Shown: in pieces, positions 12,024-22,784 of the stretch
Numbering within the stretch: the stretch's first letter is position 1
Layout of the letters: every line of letters starts with the position of its first letter
From: Emiliania huxleyi CCMP1516
Taxonomy: Eukaryota
Assembly: GCF_000372725.1 (NCBI RefSeq)
Contig: NW_005201318.1
Location: 1 to 48,857, forward strand
DNA length: 48,857 bases
Direction of reading: 5' to 3'
Position numbers and translations under genes: made by a program
The notes under the pieces: model-generated
The model's input: the letters and a program-made list of their open reading frames with translations, nothing else
Told to the model about the DNA's origin: nothing
Databases searched by the model: none

Positions 12024-12776
12024 TCAACCTCTCTCGCGTGCGCATATAATCCCCTCCATCTTGTCGTACAGCCTTGACCTCTCCGCCTTTGCGGCATCAG
12101 CGCGCCTCGCCTCTGCCTCCATCGAAATCTGCAGCGCGTCGAGCTGCTCGCGCAGCTCGGCCTGCATCTTGGCCCGCATCTCGCCGATACGCCACTCACA
12201 CTCAGCTCGAGCTGCGTTTTTTGCCTCGTCAGCCATCCGCTCGGCCGCTTTGATGTCGCGTTTAGTAGCCTGCTGCGCTGTCCTCAGGCTGTCGCGGTCG
12301 GAACGCCTAAGCTCTTGTGCCGCAGCAAGCTCAGCCCGCGCCGACGCGAGCGCCTTCTTCACAGCGCTCGCAGAGCGCTGCTCAGAAGCGAGCTCCTTGG
12401 TCTGTGACCGCAGCTTCTCTTCCAACTCCTGCCGGAGCAGCACCTCAGCACTCGCACTACTCGCGGCTGCATGGATGACCGAGCCCTTTAGTGTGGTTTG
12501 CGCGTCTGTGCTGACGAGAGTGCGGGAGATGCTGCCGTTGTGCTGACCAGAGATTACGCCAGCGGTAGCAGTGCTGCTTGGGCACACAACAACATTGCTC
12601 GTGGCCGAGCTGGCATAAACCGCCGCACCAGCCTCTGCGGCTGCAGTGGTGCTTCGGATCGCGTCGAGCAATGCGCCTGTATCGTGCTTGAGCATGGCCT
12701 CGAGCGTACTGAAGTCGGCTTCCCCGAGTTCGTTGAGCAGGCGCTCCAGCACAATGCTGAGCTGCGTCGGTGCCAT
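12024..12776 (-). other. Element-borne ORF (250 aa, coiled coil, no transposase motif seen); coding status uncertain
   Basis: Open in the outer copy. The homologous deleted version is ORF 11105-11602 in the inner copy. Confidence 0.35.
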
Positions 12777-13354
12777 GTGTCGACGTGTCCAAGGGAACCG
12801 ACGTCGCCGAAGGCCTTAGTTCACGCCGAAAAGTACGTCTAACGCCTCCTGCTAGCTGGGGCACGCTCCCACGCGGCTGGGGGCCGCTCTCCAGCTCGAT
12901 TAGGGCGCTTTTCACGCGATGTTACGGAATTACGGATTGGAGGGGGGTGGCGGCACATAGGGGGAGGGGGAGACGCGCATCTACGAATCAAGCGTGGTGA
13001 TCTGGTGACTGGGTGTGCCGGCCCGGGGCCCGTTAGGGGCCCGTCCCCGCGCTCGAGCCGGCCCGGCGCCGCCTGGGTGCTGCCGCTGTGTGTGTGGGTG
13101 GGTGGGTGGGGGGGGGGGGCTATCTCCGAGGACTCTCGGACGCGCCAGTCCGCGCGCACAGTCCCACCGGGGGAAGTTTTTGCATCTGCCCTTCCCCCGG
13201 CCGCGCGCCCCCCGCCGCCCCCGCGCGGCCGCGGGAGACTCCCGAGAGAGCCGCAGAGTGCTCGAGTCCTCCGAGAGAGTCCCAGTCCGCCCCGCCGTTT
13301 TCGCAAACGATTATTTACGTACCGTGTGGGTCACTAACTCTCCACCTCTTCTAA

Positions 13355-14353
13355 CTAGTACAACCGGACCGGCTTGCCCATGGTCGACTTGATGTAGAGC
13401 ACCTTGATATTCTGCCAGTTCTTCTTGAGCAGCGAGACGAGGAAGTTGATGGAGAGCTTCAGGTTATCCACAATCTCCGACTCTGACATCCCACAGTGGC
13501 CGACGGCGACGTTGAGGCAGAGCACCTTCTTGAGCTGGAACTTGATGGTGGCCTTGATCTCGTCAACCTTGTTGGAGAGGTCCTCCTGCTGCTGCACCAG
13601 GGTGGGGAACTTGCCCGCCTTGTTCAGGCCGGGGCCGAGCAGCCGCGGGATCTGCTTGATGAGCGACTCGGAAGCGAGGAACGCGTGGTACTTTTTGGCT
13701 GCGGAGCAGGGAGGCAAGGGAGGCGGCGGAAGCTGAGTGAGGGCGGCAGCCGAGTGACTCACAGGCGAGGGGGGTATGTGGGTTGTGGGGGTGGAGGCGT
13801 TGGGCCGGGTGGATGGGCCGGGGGCGTCGGAGGGTGGGTGGGTGCGACTCTGCGCCGGCCGCCAACTGGCCCTCCACAGTGGGTCGCCCAGTTGATGAAT
13901 GGGGCGAGGAAGAGGGCAGGCGGCTGGGGCCACGCGCACCAAACTTCTTGATGAGCTTCTTGTTTTTGTTGAAGTTCTTGAGGCCGTCCGCATTCTTGTG
14001 ATCCAGGCCGAGCGAACCAGCCTGCGCGCGGGCCGGTGCGGTGGTGGGGTGGTTTGGGGCGGGGGTCGTTGCGCGCAATAGCGCGGGGGAAGTGGCGCGG
14101 CGGTGCAGCACGCGCATCCCGCGCACGCCTTTTCGCAGTGAAAGGCATCGCCAAGCACGCAGACGCGCATCTTGGGGCGCGGGATGTGCGGCAGCTTGAT
14201 GTTGCCCGCGAAGCGCTTGTCCTTTTGCGGGTCGTAGTTCTTGAGGCCAATCTGCAGCTCGATCGTCTCGAGAAACTCGCGCTTCTTCTCCTCGGAGCCC
14301 TCCAGGACTTGCTGGATGCAGGAGCGCAGGTGGGCGTTCGCGATCTTCGCCAT
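13355..14353 (-). CDS. RPL10A: 60S ribosomal protein L10a (uL1); exons 14353-14129, 14021-13940, 13698-13355
   Basis: Diagnostic [42 protein letters not shown] and [16 protein letters not shown] and GT-AG introns. Probable 5' UTR intron at ~14578-14368. Confidence 0.97.
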   Translation of the reverse strand: MAKIANAHLRSCIQQVLEGSEEKKREFLETIELQIGLKNYDPQKDKRFAGNIKLPHIPRPKMRVCVLGDAFHCEKACAGCACCTAAPLPPRYCAQRPPPQTTPPPHRPARRLVRSAWITRMRTASRTSTKTRSSSRSLVRVAPAACPLPRPIHQLGDPLWRASWRPAQSRTHPPSDAPGPSTRPNASTPTTHIPPSPVSHSAAALTQLPPPPLPPCSAAKKYHAFLASESLIKQIPRLLGPGLNKAGKFPTLVQQQEDLSNKVDEIKATIKFQLKKVLCLNVAVGHCGMSESEIVDNLKLSINFLVSLLKKNWQNIKVLYIKSTMGKPVRLY

Positions 14354-15515
14354 GCTGCCGGTAGCCCTGGAGGTGCGGGGGCAGCGCGGGATCAGGACGG
14401 CGGGCGAGGGGTGCCGCCCAGTCGTCTGGGACTTACGCGGCGCTCAGGCCTCCCCCTCGGCGCGCCGTCCGGGCGGGGGCGGGGCGCCGCTCCCATGCCC
14501 TCGGAGCGGCGACCGTGCCGCAGATTGGGATGCGTGGGCGGGCGCGGCCGGGTAGGGGAGGGAGCGGCTAGGGCGTGCCTCACACCACGCGCACAGGTCC
14601 GAGTTTTTTTCTTCTGTGCCTGTGTAGAGGAAGTAAGCCGTCGATGTGCACTCAGGGACGGTGCCGACGGGACGCGGCTCGAAGGGGTGGCTCCGCAGCG
14701 CGGCTGGCACTCGTCGCAGAGGCCTCACCTTCGAAAAGTCGGGCATGGCTCCACCCGCAACTTTCTCGCTAACACGCGCGCACCGCCGAGCCTGCGGCGG
14801 GCGCGCTGCGGCCGCACGTCTAACTTCGTCATAGTGCCACGACGTGCGGCCTAGATTTAGCCCACGCGCCTCTGCTCGCAAACACTCACCCATTGAATTG
14901 TCACTGCCCGTGAGTGCGAGATAGGGCTAGCAGTAGGCAGCTAGCCTCTGAGGAGGGCGTCCATAGACACCTCACAAGACCCCACACACGGTCTCGTCCG
15001 TGCCTCGCCGGCCGGCGAGATTGCTAGAGGCGGAGCGGTCTGCTCTAGTCTCACATGTTACTTCTAGTCGTCTGTTGTTTGTTGTGCCCTTGTTTGTTCT
15101 CTTGGCACCTTGGAGTGCTGGGGGGGGGCGACAGGGAGGATGTGGCCTTGAGTTATGTGTACGCCAACTCAGGGTGTGTGGCAGCCAGCTGGCTGTGTGT
15201 CTTGTGAGCCTGTTTGTGTCTGTGTGTCGCTCGTGCGTGTCGTCATCATCTGTCTAGCCGTCTAGCGTCCACCCATACCGCGTTGGTGTCCAGTCCGAGC
15301 CTGGCTGTTCTTCACCTTTCTACCTACCTACCTACCGGTCGAGAGGTGTGCTGTGAGAGAGGCTTGTATTAAAAGAATTCTTTTCTTGCGGTTGAGATTA
15401 GGGGAAATAACTGCGAGCGGCTGCAACCTCGCCCTCCTCCACCGCCGACCGCAGACAGAAAGCTGTTTGACCCGAGGACGCCGGCGGTGCTGCCGGAGGA
15501 GCGCCTCGCGCCCTT

Positions 15516-15680
15516 CTTGAGCACTTGAGCACTGGATAGATAGGATCGATTCCGCATGGTACGGGACCCCTCGATCGTCTCGCCCTCCCTCGCTGGTGTG
15601 TTCATTGGGTGGGGTCATAACAAACACGGTACAGGATCGAGGTGCACGCTGCTGGAGCAGTGTCGTCCCCCCTCTCGCCC
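15516..15680 (+). repeat. Dispersed ~165-bp repeat, copy 1
   Basis: cttgagcacttgagcact..gattccgcatggtacgggacccctcgatcgtctcgcc..gtcataacaaacacggtacaggatcgaggtgcacgct recurs at ~17715 and ~18103. Confidence 0.85.
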
Positions 15681-16296
15681 TTCTCCTTGAGCTCGGGGAG
15701 GGTGCTAGTATGACGTGATTGATGAGCCCGATCGATCGTGCGTCGTAGGCTCTAGCGTAAAGTTAGCCCCGTAAGCGCCGCGGGCCTCTCTAGGGGCCTC
15801 TGCAGTCGTTTGTTTGACGCCCGTGCTCAGAAGGAGAGAACGGCCCCAGCTTCGGCTGAGTGAGTGAGGGCTGACAAGCTGCCGAGCCCAAATAAATCAC
15901 TGTGAGAGTCGTGTTTTCTTGTTGGTTTTCAAAAATCTCTCTCAGACTGGACAAACAAAAACGCATGAGCGAAACCTGTCAGAGATGGCTGACTATACTT
16001 TTCCTCTCGCACCCGTCTCTTTTCCTTTCCTTTTTTCTCTAACAGCACCCTCTCTTTTCCTCTCTATTTTCCCGGGGAAACCATCAACTTTTCCGGGCTC
16101 TGAGCCGAGTCTGAGGCTGGTTTGGGCCCAAAATCAGCCAAAATTAACGGCAAAATACCGGGTATTTTGCGGGTATACCTGGAAACCCGGCTCCCGGGTA
16201 TATACCTGAAAAATACCCGGTAATGTGGTATGTTGCCGGTTTCCTCGATTTTGCCTCAGATTTTGCCCCAGAGACGCAGACCAGCTCTCAGACTCA

Positions 16297-16584
16297 GAGA
16301 CTATGGAGAGTTCACGTCATGACGGTTAAAACGGCTGTTAACCGTCATGACGTGGTCAACATGTCATGACAGCGGCTGCGAAACGACAGCAGCAACGACG
16401 GCAGCAACGACAGCTGGTGACAGCTGGTGACAGCTGGTGACAGCTGGTGACAGCTGGTGACAGCCAGCTGCCAAGGAGGAGTGAAAGGCACCAGGAACAG
16501 TGACAGCCATAGTGACAGTGACAGTGAAGCCAGTGAATGCCAACGACAGGCGGTGACAATGTCAGCGCGGGGCCCCGCGAGTGA

Positions 16585-16635
<51 letters not shown>

Positions 16636-17483
16636 CGAGGCAGCGCCACAGGCACAGCCGTGAGGCAGCCATAGCCCTCGTGAACGAACTTGAGCTTATT
16701 CCAGCCATAGTCATCGTCTACGATCCACATGCAGACTGCCGGTGACAGCATGCACCTTGAGAGGTTCAACCCGAGGTGTGTTGCTCAATGCTCTGCGCGT
16801 TTGCTTGTGATCGTGATTTCAAGGTCCCAATCCTCGCGGCTGAGGATTGACACCGTTCGCTCGCGTGAGATTTTTGAGCGGCAGATGAACCAGCGCTGGA
16901 GCCCATCACGGCACATGCTGGAGGAAGGAGGGCAAGGGTTTTGCAGATTCTCCGACTCACGCCCGCTGCTGCTGAGCGTGCGTGGCTACTGTTGAGAGGG
17001 TTTCTCATGTGGCGTCGGGCGTGCGAGTGAGCGGTCTCGCGCGCATGCATCTATATCTTGAGTGTCCTGTCTCTCTCGCTAGTGGCACCACACACTGTCC
17101 TGCGGGGGTGCTCATGACAGCAGCAATGACAGCAGCAATGACAGCAGCAATGACAGCAGCAATGACAGCAGCAATGACAGCACAGCAGCAGCAACGACAG
17201 CGATGACAGCAGCAATGACAGCAGGAATGACAGCTGCGCAATTACAGCAGCAGTGACAGTTGGACCGTCGGGGATGGTTACGACAGCAGCAACGACAGCA
17301 GCAACGACAGCAGCAACGACAGCTGGTGACAGCTGGTGACAGCTGGTGACAGCTGGTGACAGCTGGTGACAGGTAGGTGTCACTGTCGCTGTCGTTTGCT
17401 GTATGACAGCTGGCAGCTGTCATGACAGCGGCTAACCGTCATGACAGCGGCTAACCGTCATGACGTGAACTCTCCATAGTCTC
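16297..17483. mobile_element. Non-autonomous TIR element with 32-bp perfect TIRs, a 3-bp TSD (TCA) and internal minisatellites
   Basis: gagactatggagagttcacgtcatgacggtta at the left end and its reverse complement at the right end. TCA at 16294-16296 and 17484-17486. Internal (GACAGCTGGT)n, (GACAGC)n and (GACAGCAGCAAT)n arrays. Confidence 0.8.
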
Positions 17484-17714
17484 TCAGGGAAACTCGCGAG
17501 TCGGAACGCGAGTTTCCAGAATGGAGAGCACCAAAATCCCAAACACCCTATGTTTTCCCTTGAAATTTCCGGAAACGCAAAGTGCTGGGGGCCCTCTGTT
17601 TTCCTTTTTGCCGGAAAACATATGTATATGCAGGCCAAGTCAGAGTCCACCCCCGGGTATGTTCGTAAGAGCCAGCGTTTCCAAATTCGAGTAGGTAGGG
17701 GGTTATCTTGACAC

Positions 17715-18260
17715 TTGAGCACTTGAGCACTGGATAGGGTCGATTCCGCATGGTACGGGACCCCTCGATCGTCTCGCCCTCCCTCGCTGGTGTGTTCATT
17801 CGGGGGGGGGTCATAACAAACACGGTACAGGATCGAGGTGCACGCTCTGCTGGAGCAGTGTCGTCCCCCCTCTCCATCATCTCACTGTGAGACGTCGGCG
17901 GTGATGGCGGTGTGACCGACCGAGCTACAAGAGGAACTTGTTCTGCAGGATCCGGGATAGTCAGACGCACTACACTGGGCCTGAGACCGCCCACGACGTT
18001 TCCCTTCGTCTCGGGTCTGTGTGGGTTCGAACCACTCCGGAATGGGCAGGCCCATCGATTGAATCATTGTTTTTCCACCTGTGGAGAGAGAGAAAGGGCC
18101 ATCTTGAGCACTTGAGCACTTGATAGGGTCGATTCCGCATGGTACGGGACCCCTCGATCGTCTCGCCCACCCTCACTGGTGTGCTCATGGGGGGGGGTCA
18201 TAACAAACACGGTACAGGATCGAGGTGCACGCTGCCGAAGCAGTGTCGTCCCCCCTCTCC
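17715..18260 (+). repeat. Dispersed ~165-bp repeat, copies 2 and 3 (~17715-17875, ~18103-18260)
   Basis: Near-identical to 15516-15680. Confidence 0.85.
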
Positions 18261-18749
18261 CCGACGGCGATGGCGGTGTGACCGATCGAGCTACAAGAAG
18301 AGCTTGTTCAGCAGAATCCGGACCGTCGGATGCACTATATAGGGCCGTCTGATTTAATTGTGAAAATTCCTGTTGTGCAAGAGCGGAGAGAGGGCTCGGA
18401 CGGGGCGCGTGGCGGGAGAGGGCAGGGAATGGGCGAGGGGGGCGGGAGGGGGGCTCAGCCGTGCAAAAAGCATCAATTAATAATAATAATAATGAAGAAA
18501 TATTGCTCGGCCGTCCATGGAGTCCGTCTCGATCTGGAGGAGACCTAGGAGGAGACGGCACGTTCACATTGTCGTAACCGAAGAGGATGTTGACCTTTAG
18601 CTCTCGGGGTTATCTAGCTTGGTTGGATGGATGGAGAAAGAAAGGAAGGAAGGGGAGAGCGAGCGAGGTGTGTTCTCTAGGCCCCTCCCTAGTTAGTACT
18701 GGGAGAAAAGCAGAATTCAATTTTACAACGAAACTCCCTCGCACAACAT

Positions 18750-18849
18750 NNNNNNNNNNNNNNNNNNNNNNNNNNNNNNNNNNNNNNNNNNNNNNNNNNN
18801 NNNNNNNNNNNNNNNNNNNNNNNNNNNNNNNNNNNNNNNNNNNNNNNNN
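18750..18849. other. Assembly gap (100 N)
   Basis: Run of n characters. Confidence 0.99.
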
Positions 18850-19747
18850 GGACGGCTCGATTGACAAGGAGAATGCGCAGCTCGCATCCTCGCACCTGCT
18901 CTCCCCCGCCTTGAAGCTGGAGGAGTGTGTCGAGGAGTGTGTCGCCGCGGCCGTCACCGCCACCGCCGCAGCTGCCGCGCCAGCCGGCAGCGGCAGCGGC
19001 AGCGGCAGCAGCGCGACACCGGCTGCTACGGCGCCCCCGAGCGAGGCCCCCCTTCTCTCGCCAGCCCAGGCGCAGCACGCTTTTGAGGACCTCGCGGCGC
19101 GGCGACTGTCGGCGCTGCCTGCGGATCCGCCGGAGCGCTTTGAGGAGTCTGCCGCTGCTGTCCCTCCCGACTTCGGAGAGCCTGAGGAGGCGGAGGAGGA
19201 GGCGACGGAGGTAAAGGAGAACGTGTCACCGCTCGGCGCCGTTGCGGCGGCCAGCGGGGAGCTCACGGCGGAGCTGCGTCCGCGAGTGTTGCGCTTGCTG
19301 AGCGAGGACACCGAGGCTGCCAGCGCCGACGTCGCCGACGTCGAAGAGTCCTCCCTTTCCGGAGCCCCCGGCGGAGCTGCGTCCGGAGAGGGGCTGCCGT
19401 TCGACGGCGAAGCGGGTCGCCCTACCGAGGGCGCAGAGGCGGGAGACGACCTGGCGGAGGAGGTTCAGGCGGCGGTCGCACTTGCCCACCCCCATTTGCA
19501 GCTTGCGCCCTCACGAGTCTGGGCTGAGGTCGACCATCAGCCCGCGCCGCAGCTTGCGCCCTCGGAGGACTTTGAGGTCTTCCGCGACGGGCCGGCCTTG
19601 CACAAGACTAGCGAGCAGCTCGTGCTGGCGCTGCAGGAGCGGCTCGATCGCGCGGTGTCCGAGATTGACGCGTTGCGCGCGGCTCTGTTTGAGGAGCGCT
19701 CGTTGAGGCAGGCGCTGGAAAGGCGCCACCTTCTCCCTTCCGACTAG
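18850..19747 (+). CDS. 3' part of an acidic, disordered protein with a C-terminal coiled coil and KEN/ABBA-like motifs; 5' end lost in the gap
   Basis: GC-rich open frame from the gap to TAG at 19747. Motifs DKENAQ, VKENVSP and DFEVFRD, then LQERLDRAVSEIDALRAALFEERSLRQALE. Confidence 0.6.
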
Positions 19748-20294
19748 GGCGGCTGGCTCCTTACCGTGGGGCTAGGAGAGGGGCAAGCGTTCGTCACGTC
19801 TGCCTCTCGCGAGGTCAGGTCACCTCGACACTATGAGTCTACGACAGGTCTCTCGTGTCGAGTGTGTGCAGTCTCGCGCGATGGCGATATGGCACTACCA
19901 CTCTCACTGCGAGGCGTCGTTGCAGCTTGCACGTCGTGGCGAGGGGGGAGAAATTGCATGAGAGATGAGTCTCGTAGGGCCCTAGGGGGTTGTAGGGGGG
20001 TTGTGCGCGGAAGCTCTGCGAGCTCGGCGGGGGCGGCACACAAGACATATACGGTTTTATGTTCTACGCTTCTACCGACACACAAAAACTAGAGAGCTCT
20101 CCAGGTCCCGCGCTCCCGGGGACGAAGCCCCCTACGAGGTACCCCTATGAGATGTAGCATGTAGGATCCGCCCAGAGTGCAAAGACGAAAGAGAACAGTT
20201 CAGCAGCATCGCGCACACGCTCACACACGCACACTCAGGGCCGCAGCAGTCGGATGCTGTCGCACCGGGGCTGCAACCTTCACGCCTCACCCGC

Positions 20295-21979
20295 CTACGC
20301 CTTGGCGGAGAAGCTGCCAAAGTCCATCTTGAGCGCAATCTTGGGCTTGGCGGCGGTGACAGCGGCACCGGGCGACGCGGCCACCGCGCGTTGCTTCTTC
20401 GCCTGCTCCTCCCGGATGGCAACCTCCATCCGCGACCGCGTCTCGGTGGAGAAATTTGCGACAGAAGCGCGGAATGCGTCCGCCGACCGGCTGGCGAGCG
20501 CCGTGAGGGCGGCGTGCGCCACCGCCGACAGCTCCGCGCCCACCTTTGATGGCGGCCCGTCCGCGGCGACGCTCATGCCTGCCGGGCGACGCCCGTGGGT
20601 GGGAGTGGGTCCGGGCCGAGGCCGGCAACAAGAGCGGTTGGGCACGGGTGGAGAGCGGGCGTGCAGAGGGGTGCACCGTGGATGAGGAGCGGCAGCGTGA
20701 GGGAGAAGAGCGCCGGCGCCGCCTCAGCTGAGCTGAGCGTGCACGCGAGCAGGAGCAGCTTGATGGCGCCGAGCCGGTCGCAGCCTACACAAGACCGCCG
20801 GGTGTCAAACACGCGTGTGGAGGATGCCGATCGTCAACTGGCAGCGCCGCCCGTCTTAAAGGAGGCTGCGACGTCGGGGAGCAGCTCAGTCAGGTAAAAG
20901 TGGAGGAGGTCCGGCTGCTCCTTGATTGCTGCGAGGAAAGCGAGGAGCGCAGCGTGCGCCTCGCCCTGCGTCTCGCTCGCCACCATCTCGCGCGCGGCTG
21001 CCGCCACACCCGTATGCACGGCCGTGGCGCCACCGCCCAGAGGTAGCCCCTCCACCAGCGCCAGCACCGCGCGCAACATCAGCCCGCGCGATGCGACAGG
21101 CGTGGCCTGCAGCACCTCGAGCGCGCTGGCGGCGGCACTCGTACGGAGCGTTGCCTTTGCGACGGCGAGACCGGAACTTGCCTCCTCCAGCCGCTCATCG
21201 GCATCGGCCGGCGCGGCGCACCGCCTGCGCAACGTCGCCACCGAGCTGAGGCACGCCTCGCGCAGCGCAGCCGCCGCCGCCGCACCCGGCGGGTCGGCAA
21301 CCGGCGGCGACGTCGCAACGGCATGGGTCACGCGCAGCACGACGGTAAACGCGGTGGGCAAATACGGCAATGCCGCGCCGGCTGGAAGCGAATCTGGGAG
21401 CGTGGCGATAGCTTCCACTGCAAGCGCCAGGGAGCGCAACTCGCCAACAGGGAGCGGCTGCGGCGGCGGCGGCTGGCAGAGTGAAGCGGGAGCGCGCAAA
21501 GCGGGGATGGCGCGCAGAGCTGGCGCAGCGCAAAGTTGTTGCGCAGCGGCGACAAGGCGCGCGGCGTCGGCGGGCGAACGGCCAAGCGGAGGGACGAGGT
21601 CGCCCGTGGGGGGCGGGGCCGCGTATCCCCCAAGTCGCGGCGCGAGGTGAGCGGCGACGGCGGCAACGGCATCCCGCATCTGCGGGTGAGGTGACGCCTC
21701 GCCCAACCGCGCAAGCAGCGACAGCAACAGCTCGAACGAACCGGGGGGCAACACATCGGGCTGCAAGTAAGCCTCGCTGAGAAGCTGCGGCAATGCGAGC
21801 GTGCATGCCGCCGCCTCGTCGTCCCTCGCGTCTGGTGGCGAGCCGTCAGCCGGTCGTCGCTCGGCGGCGGCGGCGAGCGCGTGCGTGCACATGCCAAGCA
21901 ACAGGTCGAAATCTCGCCGCGCCTCCCCTGCCTCGATAGGAGTAAGTGTCGCCGATGCATGCGGATCTTCGGGCCGAAC

Positions 21980-22027
<48 letters not shown>

Positions 22028-22753
22028 CCGGCCTGCAACCCACTCTGGCGTGGCAACCATCGAGAGCGCGGCCTACGCAACGTCTCGCGCAAACATGTGA
22101 GAAGACGCCGCCCAGCGGCGAACCATGGACGAAAGGGCGGCGCCTCGAAGACTAACGGCGCGGCATGCTCGAGGTGCTCGCGCGAGGCTGTCGCGGCGCC
22201 TTGCACGTACAAGTGCGGCACATAGCCCTTCGCGGCGCGGCCTACCGCAGCCGCCGCAGACGTGTCATCCCGCGTCCCGGCGCGGCACCTGCACCTGATC
22301 CCTGGCGGCGGTGGCCGGCGATCGAGAGTGCGGCGTGATCGCGCAACAGCCCCATCCAGCATGAACGCAAGTCCACTAGCGACGGCTGCATCTGCTTGCA
22401 GAGCTCGGCACGAGCCTATGGATCGGGTGATGCACCGCGTCGTAGACAGCGACGGGAGCAGTCGCATGGTTGAGCGCGGGCAGTGCCTCAGGCTCCCGCG
22501 CCGCCGCCGCCTGCAACGCCGCCGCCGCACGCAACGATGTGGTTCGGACCATCGTCGCGGCGGCGTCGGAGAGGGCGGGGTAGGAGATGGCGGCGAGGGC
22601 GGCTGGCGTTAGCCGCTTGGTGAGTAGCGCGAGCAACTTGCGGATGGCTGCAGGGTCGACCTGGATCGTGGCAGGGGTGGACATGGGGACGGGGGTTGGG
22701 GACGGAGCTGGGATGAGGTGCGTGGGGTGGTGGTGGTGGCGGCGGCAACGGCA

Positions 22754-22784
<31 letters not shown>

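Larger units (their letters stand above)
10638..12999 (-). mobile_element. Non-autonomous TIR element (outer copy) carrying a coiled-coil ORF, interrupted by a second copy of itself
   Basis: Ends are ccggcaccaacttgattcgtagatgcgcgtctc and gagacgcgcatctacgaatcaag. Segments 10638-10963 and 11970-12992 are the reverse complement of the inner copy's two halves. Confidence 0.7.

Noticed and set aside
16356..17423. Cys/Arg-rich ORFs and regular repeats suggesting a metallothionein or CRISPR array
   Set aside because: These are translations of minisatellites. There are no unique spacers and no cas genes.
18587..18849. N-terminal part of ORF 18587-19747
   Set aside because: The frame is joined artificially across a 100-N gap, and the pre-gap sequence is AT-richer and looks non-coding.
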